Shown: in pieces, positions 1 through 8,675 of the stretch | Layout: every line of letters begins with the position of its first letter | How positions within the stretch are numbered: the stretch's first letter is position 1 | Origin: Dehalococcoidia bacterium | GTDB taxonomy: Bacteria > Chloroflexota > Dehalococcoidia > Lucifugimonadales > CATQGZ01 | Reading direction: 5' to 3' | NCBI GenBank assembly: GCA_965223945.1 | Contig: CBDCXW010000007.1 | Location: 1,502 to 65,501 of the forward strand | DNA length: 64,000 bases | Program-made: the position numbers and the translations under genes | The notes under the pieces: generated by a model | The model's database searches: none | What the model saw: the letters and a program-made list of their open reading frames with translations, nothing else | Told to the model about the DNA's origin: nothing

Positions 1-358
1 GCATGAAGGAGGTGAACACTACGGCGAACATGGCGAGCGCGGGGTAGTACAGCACGAAGAAGGTGTTGTGGAATCCACTTGATGAGATGGCGATGCCCGC
101 CGTAATCATCGCCCCGTCCATCACGCTGAGAGCCAGCGCCCAGCGCCACGTAACCGTCCGATGCGACCGGATGCGGTAGTGAACGTAGCCGTTGAGGGCC
201 AGCACCGATACCGCCAACAGCATGGTGGGAATATAAGCAGGGTCCGCGAAGTTGGGCCGGTAGTTGAACTGCAACAGCCAGGCCGTTAGAAGAAACCATC
301 GTACCCACACCGAAATCCTCAGGCTGTAGCGCAGGTCGTCCCGATCACGCGAACTCAA
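1..358 (-). CDS. Integral membrane protein, N-terminal part (runs off the window); possibly the sensor domain of a histidine kinase
   Basis: Manual translation from TTG at 358, overlapping the integrase TGA: LSSRDRDDLRYSLRISVWVRWFLLTAWLLQFNYRP...FFVLYYPALAMFAVVFTSF; several hydrophobic helices and no stop. Confidence 0.65.
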   Translation of the reverse strand, partial: MSSRDRDDLRYSLRISVWVRWFLLTAWLLQFNYRPNFADPAYIPTMLLAVSVLALNGYVHYRIRSHRTVTWRWALALSVMDGAMITAGIAISSSGFHNTFFVLYYPALAMFAVVFTSFM

Positions 359-1636
359 GAGTTGACATGCAGGGAAATGCCGCTTTGCCCGGAGCCGCCA
401 TCTCCCCTGGTATGCCCCACAGGGTTCTCCCCCGTTGCAAAATCGGCCCAGGCCTGCATTAGTTCGCGCCGCTTCTCGAAGTAGTCCGTCCGGCGATAGG
501 CCCGGATCGTCGCGCTTCCCTCTTGGTGCGCCAGAGCGTGCTCGATGATTTCGGAGGGGAAGTCCGTCTTCTCCGCGGCCCAGTCACGGAAGGACGACCG
601 GAAACCGTGCGAGGTCGCCTTATACTTCCGGCGGAGAAGCTGGCGGATACCGTCCTGGGAAATCATCTCCCTACCACTGCGGTCTGGGAAGACCAGGTCA
701 TTGAAGTATTTCCGCTCCCTCTGAGCTCGTCTCAGAACGTCCAGGGCCGCCGTCGACAACGGGACACGGTGCTCGCGTTCGTTCTTCATGCGGTCTGCCG
801 GAATCGTCCACGTGGCTCTGTCAAAGTCGACCTCAGCCCACCGCGCGCCCCTGACCTTCGGAGGTCCGTGCCGCCGTCAAGACGAGAAACTCCAACGCCA
901 GCCGCTTGGACTCGTAGGACTCGGAGCTCCGAACGTCCTCCAACACCTCTCCGACTTGAGAGAAGGGAACGGCGGTATGGTGCTGGACAACCTGGCGCTG
1001 ACGGCCCAAGCCGGTCGAGGCCCGGGGGGTGGGATCGTGGGCGGTGTAGCCTTTGCTGAAGGCGAATTTGAAGACGGCCTGGATGTTCCGTTTGACTTTT
1101 CGGGCGGTCTCCGCCTTCTGGTGCCAGAGGGGGGACAGCACGTCCACAACCTGGGCCGGAGTCACCTTGTCAATCGCAACATTCCCAAGGGCAGGGGTGA
1201 CATAGCGGTCCAGCAGAGACCGGGTCTGCTGCTCGGTCTTGCTCCCTCGCTTCCATGAGGTCCGCCGAAACTTGATGGACTCCTCCGCCACGTCCGCGAA
1301 CGTCGGCCCCGCAGAGGCCGACGTGACGGCCGGAAGGCTTGCCTCCGCTAGGAGCCGGTCTATGCCGGTCCGTCGTGGGAAACGCTCCCGAACCTTCATG
1401 ACGTTCTCGGCGGCCAGATCTCGCGCCGCGCTGAGGGACACCTCGGGATAGGACCCCAAGCCCAAGCTTCTGACCTTTTCGTTCACTCGCACCCGCTGCT
1501 GCCAGTTCTTGCCGAGACCGCCCTCCACGGGTCTCGCCAACAGGGAGAGCCCAAAGCCCCCGCGGCCATCGCCGTAGCGCCCCGGCCGGTCGACCCTCTT
1601 CACGAAGTGCGCCGTCAGCCTTGCCGGTCTGTCCAT
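355..1636 (-). pseudogene. P4-like tyrosine integrase (arm-binding N-terminus), split by a 1-nt frameshift near 858
   Basis: N-part has PGRYGDG..GL.L and LGLGSYPEVSLSAAR; LTAARTSE continues as VRGARWAEVD in another frame (GAAGGTC, one extra base); C-part has HGFRSSFRDW, ALAH and AYRR motifs. Confidence 0.85.
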
Positions 1637-1651
1637 CTGAGCCCCTTCAGA

Positions 1652-1698
1652 TTGTTGCGTATCGCTTACGCGTATCCCTTCTAGTACCTGTTGCGTAC
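1652..1698. repeat. Short direct repeats (TGTTGCGTA / GCGTATC), candidate integrase arm-type binding sites
   Basis: TGTTGCGTATC at ~1653, GCGTATC at ~1669 and TGTTGCGTACC at ~1688, directly upstream of the integrase. Confidence 0.4.
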
Positions 1699-1701
1699 CA
1701 C

Positions 1702-1730
1702 ATTATGAAACGAGCATTCTAGGTTGTCAA
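1702..1730 (-). promoter_or_regulatory. Sigma70-type promoter of the integrase; weak LexA-like box in the spacer
   Basis: Minus strand TTGACA-accta-GAAT-gctc-GTTT-CATAAT, 17-nt spacer. Confidence 0.55.
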
Positions 1731-1825
1731 CGGCTCCGACGAGATTTCTATTATAGGGGGGTAAACTCCAGTAACGGGACATATTGTCAAGCTAGGACTC
1801 GGCTCTAGCCTGCGGAGCCAGTTCT

Positions 1826-2158
1826 ATGTACGATATGGTGCGAAGGCCAATGCGGGCTGATTTACGCAACGAAGTGCTCCGTATCTTGGAAGAATTGTCC
1901 AAGGGCGAAGGAATAGTTCTACACTTCGGAGACCAAGGCCTGACTTTTGAGGCCGTTTACTTGCTTGCGGAATATGGTGCCATGGAGGAGCAGGAAACCG
2001 GCTACTACAGAGTAACCATATCGGGCTACGACTACTACCAGAAACTGAAGGCGCCACGGGTCTATTGGGCCAAGAAAAACTGGTTTCCTGTAGCCGTTCT
2101 TATCGTGTCCAGTGCGGTGCCAGTGCTTGCCAAACTGGTGGAGATATGGCTAAGTTGA
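1826..2158 (+). CDS. Hypothetical protein, winged-helix-like domain plus C-terminal transmembrane helix
   Basis: 110-aa ORF with YRVTISGYDY (wHTH-wing-like) and hydrophobic C-terminus WFPVAVLIVSSAVPVLA; lower GC than flanks. Confidence 0.6.
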   Translation: MYDMVRRPMRADLRNEVLRILEELSKGEGIVLHFGDQGLTFEAVYLLAEYGAMEEQETGYYRVTISGYDYYQKLKAPRVYWAKKNWFPVAVLIVSSAVPVLAKLVEIWLS

Positions 2159-2251
2159 CCTAAGCCTGCCCAACGGTGCCTCCAATGCATTGAAGATGTT
2201 CCCGCGTGTGCACTATCCTCGATGTAGGTCAAACGCAGGGAGGGGTCAGCA

Positions 2252-3385
2252 ATGGAAGCTGGGATTGACACGCAACAGCGGCTCGACGCACTTCTGCGAA
2301 ACTTCGAGGAGCTGCGACACCGGCTCGTCGGTTATCCCTGCAACCAGAACTTCGACTACTCGGCGCTGCTACCCTTCCTGAGCTACTGTCCCAACAACGT
2401 TGGAGATCCCTTCCACGACAGTAACTTCCGCAGCAACACCCACGAGTTTGAGCGAGAGGTCATCGGCCTCTTCGCCGACCTGATGCACCTGCCACAAGAC
2501 CAGGCATGGGGCTACGTTACCTCGGGCGGCACCGAAGGCAACATGTATGGGCTCTACATCGGGCGCGAGATGTTCCCTGACGGCGTTGTCTACTTCTCCC
2601 AGGATACCCACTACAGCGTCGTCAAGATTCTGCGAGTTCTGAAGGCTCGCAATATCATGATCAAGAGCCTGGACAACGGTGAGATAGACTACGACGACCT
2701 CCATGAGACCATCCGTATCAACCGCGACGTGCCCGTCATCTTCATGGCAAACATAGGAACAACCATGAAGGGAGCGGTGGACGACGTCAGCAGGGTGCGG
2801 GCGATTCTCGACGATCTCGCAGTCACGAACTACTACATTCACGCGGACGCGGCCCTGAGCGGCATGATCCTGCCCTTCGTGGACGAACCGCAGCCCTACG
2901 GCTTCGATGCAGGCTTCGACAGTGTGGCCATAAGCGGCCACAAGATGATCGGCTCCCCGCTGCCGTGCGGTATAGCCCTCACCAGGGGCGACTACGTCTC
3001 GCGCATCGCCAGGTCCATCGAGTACGTGGGTGTGCTGGACACCACTCTGACCGGATCGCGCAACGCCCTCACACCACTGATGATGTGGTACGCTCTCCGC
3101 CAGCACGGCCTCGACGGCTTCCGTGAAATAGTGGCTGAATGCCTGGCTGTCGCCGAGTACGCCGTCGCCCGCTTCAACGACAGTGGGATCCCAGCTTGGC
3201 GTAACAGGAACTCTGTCACGGTCGTCTTCCCGAAGCCGTCCGACGACGTGGTCCGCAAGTGGCAGTTAGCTCCCTACGAGGACATCGCACACCTCATAGC
3301 AATGCCTCACGTGACGCGGGAGACCATAGACGCGGTGGTCGACGATTGCCTGGAGTACGATCAGGAGCAGAGGACAGCAGAATGA
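2252..3385 (+). CDS. hdcA: PLP-dependent histidine decarboxylase (group II)
   Basis: GYP.N, NNVGDP, WGYVTSGGTEGN, HADAALSGM and PLP-lysine motif SGHKMIGSPLPCG. Confidence 0.85.
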   Translation: MEAGIDTQQRLDALLRNFEELRHRLVGYPCNQNFDYSALLPFLSYCPNNVGDPFHDSNFRSNTHEFEREVIGLFADLMHLPQDQAWGYVTSGGTEGNMYGLYIGREMFPDGVVYFSQDTHYSVVKILRVLKARNIMIKSLDNGEIDYDDLHETIRINRDVPVIFMANIGTTMKGAVDDVSRVRAILDDLAVTNYYIHADAALSGMILPFVDEPQPYGFDAGFDSVAISGHKMIGSPLPCGIALTRGDYVSRIARSIEYVGVLDTTLTGSRNALTPLMMWYALRQHGLDGFREIVAECLAVAEYAVARFNDSGIPAWRNRNSVTVVFPKPSDDVVRKWQLAPYEDIAHLIAMPHVTRETIDAVVDDCLEYDQEQRTAE

Positions 3386-3774
3386 ACAGGATTATCGTCA
3401 TGGCAAAAAACGAGGTGGGGGTGATCGCCGACATCAGCAGGACGCTGGCCAACGAGGGTATCAACATAGAGACCATCAGTGCAGAGGGACTCGACGAGAA
3501 GGGCGTCATCACCCTGACCACAGAAGCCTACGACGATGCACTGCGAGCTCTGACCAATGCCGGCTTCAAGACGGTCTCCGACGACGCCCTGATCCTCAGG
3601 CTCCGGGACGAGCCCGGTGCATTGGCAAAAGTGGCCGAGAGGTTCAGGCACGCAGGCGTGAACATACAGAGCCTGCACATCGTGGAGCGCAAAGCCGGCC
3701 ACACCATCGTAGCGCTATCCGCCGATGACCGCGCACAGGCCGAAACCCTGGTCGACAAGACAACAGTCGTGTAG
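3382..3774 (+). CDS. Tandem ACT-domain protein
   Basis: Two ACT repeats (NEVGVIADISRTLANEGINIE; DEPGALAKVAERFRHAGVNIQ); ATGA overlap with hdcA. Confidence 0.85.
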   Translation: MNRIIVMAKNEVGVIADISRTLANEGINIETISAEGLDEKGVITLTTEAYDDALRALTNAGFKTVSDDALILRLRDEPGALAKVAERFRHAGVNIQSLHIVERKAGHTIVALSADDRAQAETLVDKTTVV

Positions 3775-3825
3775 CAACCGGCCCGACCCGCCCTGCCCTC
3801 ATGGTTGAGGCCGCCCGGCTGGTAA

Positions 3826-4533
3826 CTAGCCGAACTTGTCCGGCCAGTAGTCAGGCCAAATCGATTCGCCGGCGTAGTCGGCCTGGGCGTTCCAGAACTC
3901 GCTTGTCTGCAGCGTGAGCAGGCGGTTGTTTGGCATGTCCAGATGCTCCGGAAGCGGGGATATCCTGCCGGGCACGCCGGCGACGAAGCTCCGCGGCGGC
4001 ACGTCCCTGTTCACCACCGCGCCCGCCGCGATGAAGCTCCTCTCGCCGATGGTCACGCCGGGCAGTATCGTGCACCCGCCGCCTACCATCACGTCGTCGT
4101 GAATGGTCGCTCCCCGGGGCGTGGGCGGCGGATCGCGACGGCACGGGTACCGGTCGTTCAGGAACGTTGTCCCCGGCCCGACGAACACGTTGTCGCCAAA
4201 CCAGGTCCGCGACGGGATGTAGACGTGGGACATTATCCGGACCCCGTTCCCCATCCTGACCACACCCTCGATGGTAGAGTGGTTGAGGATGGTGCAATGG
4301 TCCCCGATCTTGACCATGGCGCGTATGACCGCGTAGTGGATCGCGTGGAAGTGATCGCCGATGCTCACGTCGCCGTATATGACCGTACCCTTGTGCAGGA
4401 TGCAGTTGTCGCCGATCCTGGCCGGGCCGCACTCCGGGTGGTACCGGTAGCCGACTGTAACGTCCGGGTCTATCTGGGGGTTGCTGCCGATAGTCGCGTT
4501 CTTGAAGAGTTCCCTCGGTTGGGGCGTCGACAT
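3826..4533 (-). CDS. Hexapeptide-repeat (left-handed beta-helix) acyltransferase
   Basis: Repeated [IV]G[DE]N motifs; FVGPGTTFLND; TIGERSFIAAGAVVNRDVPP. Confidence 0.85.
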   Translation of the reverse strand: MSTPQPRELFKNATIGSNPQIDPDVTVGYRYHPECGPARIGDNCILHKGTVIYGDVSIGDHFHAIHYAVIRAMVKIGDHCTILNHSTIEGVVRMGNGVRIMSHVYIPSRTWFGDNVFVGPGTTFLNDRYPCRRDPPPTPRGATIHDDVMVGGGCTILPGVTIGERSFIAAGAVVNRDVPPRSFVAGVPGRISPLPEHLDMPNNRLLTLQTSEFWNAQADYAGESIWPDYWPDKFG

Positions 4534-4795
4534 GGCGTTTCTCCTGGTGGGTGAATGTGTGGACCAAACTCTAGACAGGGGCTGCGCTCCGGTCAACAAT
4601 GGGCCGGCACGGACAGTCCCAGGAAGTTGTGCGGAGGCCGTCCTGAAGAGGAGCTTGTCATCCAGAATTAGGAGGGGCCGGAGACTGGCGAACCCATTCG
4701 ACTCCTTCTGGGATACAGGCCGCCCCTAGTTCCGTCCTATCACTCCACCACCACCCCAGCGTGAGTTACCCGCCCAAGACTACGGAGGCACCCAC

Positions 4796-5665
4796 ATGAC
4801 CACACTCGATTCGGCGATCGCGGCAGTCCCCGGCGTCACCGGCATGGCGGCGAAGCACCTGGTCACCGGACAAGAGCTCGCCCACAGTGCCGACGACATC
4901 TACTTCACGGCCAGCACCTTCAAGGTCCCGATACTGGTCGAGCTCTACCGGCAGGTGGACATGGGCATCGTCGACCCATCGGCGCGGCTGGAGCTGACGG
5001 ACGACGACCGTTCGCCGGGCAGCGGAGTGCTGAAGGAGCTTGCCAGCGGCCTCCGACCGACAGTCCGCGACCTCGCGACCCTCATGATCATCATCAGCGA
5101 CAACACCGCGACCGACATGCTCTACCGCCTCGTCGGCCCGGACCGCCTCGACAAGACCCTGCAGGACCTCGGCCTTCACCAGACGAGCCTGCCCATGTCC
5201 TGCAGGGACCTGCTCAACAGCATGTACGGCGTCGAAACGGACGACGTCTTCGAGGCGATCCGGCTGGTGTCCGACGCTCTCGCCCACGGGCGCGTCATCG
5301 CCGGCTCCGACGGCCTGTCCGAGGAACGCTCCGACGTATCCTCGCCCCGCGACATGGTGCGCCTCCTCGAGATGCTCCACCGGGGCGAGCTGCTCTCCGA
5401 ACCGTCGACGGCCGCCGTGATGGACATCCTCGGGCGCCAGCAGGCCGCGACCATCATCCCCTACGGCCTGCCCCCCGGCACCAGGACGGCCCACAAGACA
5501 GGCGGCGTCACCGGCGTCCGCTGCGACGTGGGAATCGTCTTCGCCCCGTCCGGCCCCTACGCCGTCGCCATCATGGCCAAGCAGGTCACCGACACAAAGG
5601 GCATAGACCGCACCCTGGCAGGCGTCTCCAAGGCCGTCTACGCCGAGCTAGGATCGTCTCTCTGA
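4796..5665 (+). CDS. Class A beta-lactamase-like serine hydrolase
   Basis: SxxK (ASTFK), SDN and HKTG motifs; GGAGG RBS; no signal peptide. Confidence 0.88.
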   Translation: MTTLDSAIAAVPGVTGMAAKHLVTGQELAHSADDIYFTASTFKVPILVELYRQVDMGIVDPSARLELTDDDRSPGSGVLKELASGLRPTVRDLATLMIIISDNTATDMLYRLVGPDRLDKTLQDLGLHQTSLPMSCRDLLNSMYGVETDDVFEAIRLVSDALAHGRVIAGSDGLSEERSDVSSPRDMVRLLEMLHRGELLSEPSTAAVMDILGRQQAATIIPYGLPPGTRTAHKTGGVTGVRCDVGIVFAPSGPYAVAIMAKQVTDTKGIDRTLAGVSKAVYAELGSSL

Positions 5666-5731
5666 GTTCCGCCGCCGAGCAGGGAGTCCCCCTCTCCCTT
5701 GGCGGGAGAAGGCTGTCAAGAGGAGGAATCG

Positions 5732-6262
5732 ATGGAGCAATTCCGTGACGAGCTATATGGACACCTAGAGGCGTTTTCTTTTCCGCCAGAACGTCCCAAG
5801 GTTCCGGTAACTGTAACAGGACATCCACGCCCGGGACTTACAGTGGCATATCGCCCGGGCAAGAACGCTGCCTCGCCAGATGAGATAGTCAAGGAAGCGT
5901 CCAAAGTGGGTGCCGCTGCCGGTGTGGGCGCTGGTGTCGGCATGGGTACCGGTGTAGTAATTGGTAAGTTTGTATTCGGAACTGTTGTGACTCGGGTCGG
6001 ACTAGCATCCGCAGGGGCCGCTATTGGAGTCGGTCTCGCTCCGCTTGCCGTCATTGGAGGGGTGGTAGGGACTTTTGTGTATGGGGCCTACAGACTCGGC
6101 ACACTGAGGCGCGATAACAAGATCGGCAAAGAGTTTGCGAAAGAGCTCGCAACTCACATGGAGCAATTCTGTCCGTCAGCCGAATGGCCGAGCGTCGAAG
6201 TCTATGTGTCCCTGCCCGATAGGGGTCTCTCAGCTGCATTTACAGGGACCGTCAGTTCCTAG
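5732..6262 (+). CDS. Hypothetical protein with glycine-zipper transmembrane segments
   Basis: GAGGA RBS; GAAAGVGAGVGMGTG and GGVVGTFVYG repeats; lower GC. Confidence 0.6.
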   Translation: MEQFRDELYGHLEAFSFPPERPKVPVTVTGHPRPGLTVAYRPGKNAASPDEIVKEASKVGAAAGVGAGVGMGTGVVIGKFVFGTVVTRVGLASAGAAIGVGLAPLAVIGGVVGTFVYGAYRLGTLRRDNKIGKEFAKELATHMEQFCPSAEWPSVEVYVSLPDRGLSAAFTGTVSS

Positions 6263-6307
6263 AACGCCTCGGCGTAAGCCCTTTGAGGATTTCTGGCCTA
6301 GTATGGG

Positions 6308-6378
6308 GGCGGCTGGAGCTGACGGACACCGACCGTTCGCCGGGCAGCGGAGTCCTGAAGGAACTTGCCTCCGGCCTC
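6308..6378 (+). pseudogene. Degenerate duplicate fragment of the upstream beta-lactamase-like gene
   Basis: Encodes RLELTDTDRSPGSGVLKELASGL, versus RLELTDDDRSPGSGVLKELASGL at ~4985-5053. Confidence 0.8.
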
Positions 6379-6390
6379 CTCTCGCCCGAC

Positions 6391-6477
6391 GAGACCTTTG
6401 CACAACCGTCATACCGGCGAAGGCCGGTATCCAGAGGGGTGCGGGGCCTGGGTGGGGGATGCGTCTACGCAGGTCTC
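6391..6477. mobile_element. Short MITE-like unit (GAGACC...GGTCTC ends) carrying REP GTCATACCGGCGAAGGCCGGTATCCAG
   Basis: Left ~50 nt near-identical to the 41266 element; REP at 6408-6434. Confidence 0.55.
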
Positions 6478-6511
6478 GGCACGTAGACCCTCCGGCCTCC
6501 TCTCAACCGAC

Positions 6512-6633
6512 AAGACCCTTGCAAGACCTCTCTCGCGGAGCGACAGAGTCCCTTCTCCCCTGGCGGGAGAAGGCTAGGATGAGGGGGCGTCTGGCGGTCC
6601 TCGTGGACCACCGGAGAGTTACCCAAAGGTCTC
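6512..6633. mobile_element. 122-bp MITE-like unit carrying a CCTTCTCCCC..GGGAGAAGG palindrome
   Basis: Ends AAGACCCTTG / CAAAGGTCTC; 5-bp direct repeat CCGAC on both sides (6507-6511, 6634-6638). Confidence 0.5.
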
Positions 6634-6731
6634 CCGACGGAAAAGGACTGAGAGCCCGCCCAGAGCTCGCCGAAAAGGTGAGGGGTGGCCCCCGGTCCCG
6701 CAATCCCAAAACCCTCAGCAGTGAGGTCCCC

Positions 6732-7886
6732 TCAGCCCCGCGGCAGCGGCAGGCTCACCTCTTCACCCCGCGCGGCCGAGACAAACCCCCCAAGGATCAC
6801 CTCGGTCAGCGCCGCCGCACCCCTAGCGTTCATGTCCGGCTGTTCGCCGCTGTCTATCGCTGCCACGAACGCCGCCACGTCGTCCGCCATCACGTCGCCG
6901 GACCCCAGCGGCACCCACCTGCGCTTCGGCATGGGGCTATACGCGGGATGCGACGCACCCCACATGCCCATCGGGTCGAGAGGGTCCACCGCTGGCTCCA
7001 CGAAGTCCGGCTCGTTGTTGTACAGCTCGATGCGGGGAGCGAATGGGTCGAAGGTCATCGTCGCCTCCGTACCCACCACGACGATCTTCTGAGGCCCGCT
7101 CAGCGGATGGCTCATCCACCCGAAACGCCCTCCCAGGACCGTCGCCGTCACGCCGCCCTCCAGCGTCGCCATCATCACCCCGAAATCCTCGACGCCCGCG
7201 CCCAGGTGCTCGGCGAAGAAGTAGATGCCCGTGTGACCCAGCACCGACTCGAAGCCCAGCCCGCCCGTGACCTCGTGGACGAAGCCGAGACTGTAGATGC
7301 TCACGTCGAACATCTCCCGCTTCGCCTCCAGGTACGTGTACCGGCCCAGATCCTCGCTCTCCCTGCGCACCGTCCCCTTCGGGACCGAGCCGGCCCGCCC
7401 CTTCGCGAAGATGTTCTCGGCGTGGATCGCCAGCAGCTCTCCGATTTCGCCGCCCTGCACGGCGCGTTTGGCATCCTGCACCCAGCCGGCGAGGTTCTGG
7501 GTGAACATCTGCGTCACGACGCCGTTCCGCTCTGCTGCCGACACGATCATGTCCAGGTCCGCCACCGTGCCCGCGAGCGGCTTGTCGAGATAGACGTGCT
7601 TGCCGGCGTCCATCGCCTTCGCCGCTACTATCCCGCGCCGCTCGACCGCCGGCGTCGAGCTGACGATGTGGACGTCGTCTCGGGCCAGGGCCTCGTCCAG
7701 GTCGGCGATGTGGGGCAGCCCCAGGTTGTCGGCGAGCTCCTGGTACTGGGCCGCGCGGCCCTCGGGATCGCCCTTCTCGCTCGCCACCGCCACCAGCTCG
7801 CACTTGGGGTGCGCCGCGAATACGTCCGCGTGGCTCTGCTGGTGGGTGCGCATCGCGCCTGCTAGGAGGACTCCGTACTTGCTCAT
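6732..7886 (-). CDS. Gfo/Idh/MocA family oxidoreductase
   Basis: N-terminal Rossmann-like domain; AMDAGKHVYLDKPLA motif. Confidence 0.85.
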   Translation of the reverse strand: MSKYGVLLAGAMRTHQQSHADVFAAHPKCELVAVASEKGDPEGRAAQYQELADNLGLPHIADLDEALARDDVHIVSSTPAVERRGIVAAKAMDAGKHVYLDKPLAGTVADLDMIVSAAERNGVVTQMFTQNLAGWVQDAKRAVQGGEIGELLAIHAENIFAKGRAGSVPKGTVRRESEDLGRYTYLEAKREMFDVSIYSLGFVHEVTGGLGFESVLGHTGIYFFAEHLGAGVEDFGVMMATLEGGVTATVLGGRFGWMSHPLSGPQKIVVVGTEATMTFDPFAPRIELYNNEPDFVEPAVDPLDPMGMWGASHPAYSPMPKRRWVPLGSGDVMADDVAAFVAAIDSGEQPDMNARGAAALTEVILGGFVSAARGEEVSLPLPRG

Positions 7887-7890
7887 GGTT

Positions 7891-8244
7891 TCATGCCTGG
7901 TGGTACAGCGTGCCGCGGCTGCCGACGACCATCAGGTCGATACCCGCTAGGGTCGGCCCGGCGGACGCGCTCACCGTGACCACGGCCGACTGGCCCGTGT
8001 CCCAAGTGGACATCTCCGTCAGGTAGACGCCGCTCCCCTCGCCCCGCCGCGTTCGAGTGGCCGCTGGACCCCCGAACCACGACTCCCCCATCGACACCAC
8101 AGCGTCGAGGACCGAGCCAAGAGATCCCCCGTCCGGCACCCGCGCGAGGCAGCGCATGAACTGCGGCTGTCCCAGCCTCTCCGTGTCGATGGCTTCCTGA
8201 ACGACACGCTGCAACGCGCCGCGGGCGTCCGTGCCTTCACCCAT
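7891..8244 (-). CDS. Hypothetical protein resembling the C-terminal domain of Gfo/Idh/MocA enzymes
   Basis: LGQPQFMR and LMVVGSRGTLYH; GGAGG RBS; 4 nt upstream of the oxidoreductase. Confidence 0.6.
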   Translation of the reverse strand: MGEGTDARGALQRVVQEAIDTERLGQPQFMRCLARVPDGGSLGSVLDAVVSMGESWFGGPAATRTRRGEGSGVYLTEMSTWDTGQSAVVTVSASAGPTLAGIDLMVVGSRGTLYHQA

Positions 8245-8365
8245 CCGTCGCCTCCGAAAAAAGCACGCTATCCAGACTCAATCCAGTCACCGCCAACCAG
8301 TCTACCACCCTCAAATGTCCACCGTGACCTGATAACCAGCCACATCCCGTGTCGCTGGGTCGGCC

Positions 8366-8391
8366 GTAGGGGCGGGTTTGAAACCCGCCCT
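8366..8391. repeat. GTAG-type REP (GTAGGGGCGGGTTTGAAACCCGCCCT)
   Basis: Palindrome; related copies at ~55904-55928 and ~60018-60044. Confidence 0.75.
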
Positions 8392-8436
8392 GTCCCCTTG
8401 CCGCGGGCCGCAGCCCCCTGTCATCCCCATCACACA

Positions 8437-8452
8437 AATCACAGTTCAGACA
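8437..8452. repeat. AATCACAGTTCAGACA repeat element
   Basis: Exact inverted copy at 55825-55840. Confidence 0.75.
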
Positions 8453-8453
8453 T

Positions 8454-8482
8454 TTGACAGACCCGCACACCCGTGCTAATCT
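8454..8482 (+). promoter_or_regulatory. Sigma70 promoter with a palindromic LexA-like operator in the spacer
   Basis: TTGACA-gaccc-GCAC-accc-GTGC-TAATCT, 17-nt spacer; operator has two symmetric changes from GAAC-N4-GTTC. Confidence 0.55.
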
Positions 8483-8552
8483 TTCCCTATGCCAACGACC
8501 AGTCCCCTTCCACGCTCCCGCGCCGCAGGCGCACATACCGGCGCCGTGGGCG

Positions 8553-8675
8553 CGTCGCACTTTGTCACAGTAATGGCACTAAATGTCGCTCCAATGTCCC
8601 TCAATGTCGCGCTCATGTCGCAATCCATAAGGTAGTCCCCAAAGCTGAAAGTCCCTAAATGTCTCACAATGCCGC
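8553..8675 (+). repeat. Helically phased TGTC-core repeat array
   Basis: Cores at 8553, 8563, 8574, 8584, 8595, 8605, 8616 (spacing 10/11), then 8650, 8660, 8670. Confidence 0.75.

Noticed and set aside
1740..1830. tRNA/tmRNA attachment site next to the integrase
   Set aside because: No T-loop (GTTCGA) or CCA-end signature recognised
4571..4729. CTAG-bounded intergenic stretch as another MITE
   Set aside because: No convincing terminal inverted repeats inside the two CTAGs
4796..5665. Antibiotic-resistance beta-lactamase
   Set aside because: No signal peptide and an atypical omega-loop region; more likely a cytoplasmic serine hydrolase of unknown substrate
6135..7865. 576-aa plus-strand ORF
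   Set aside because: Antisense shadow of the Gfo/Idh/MocA gene running through REP sequence; Arg-rich with no motifs
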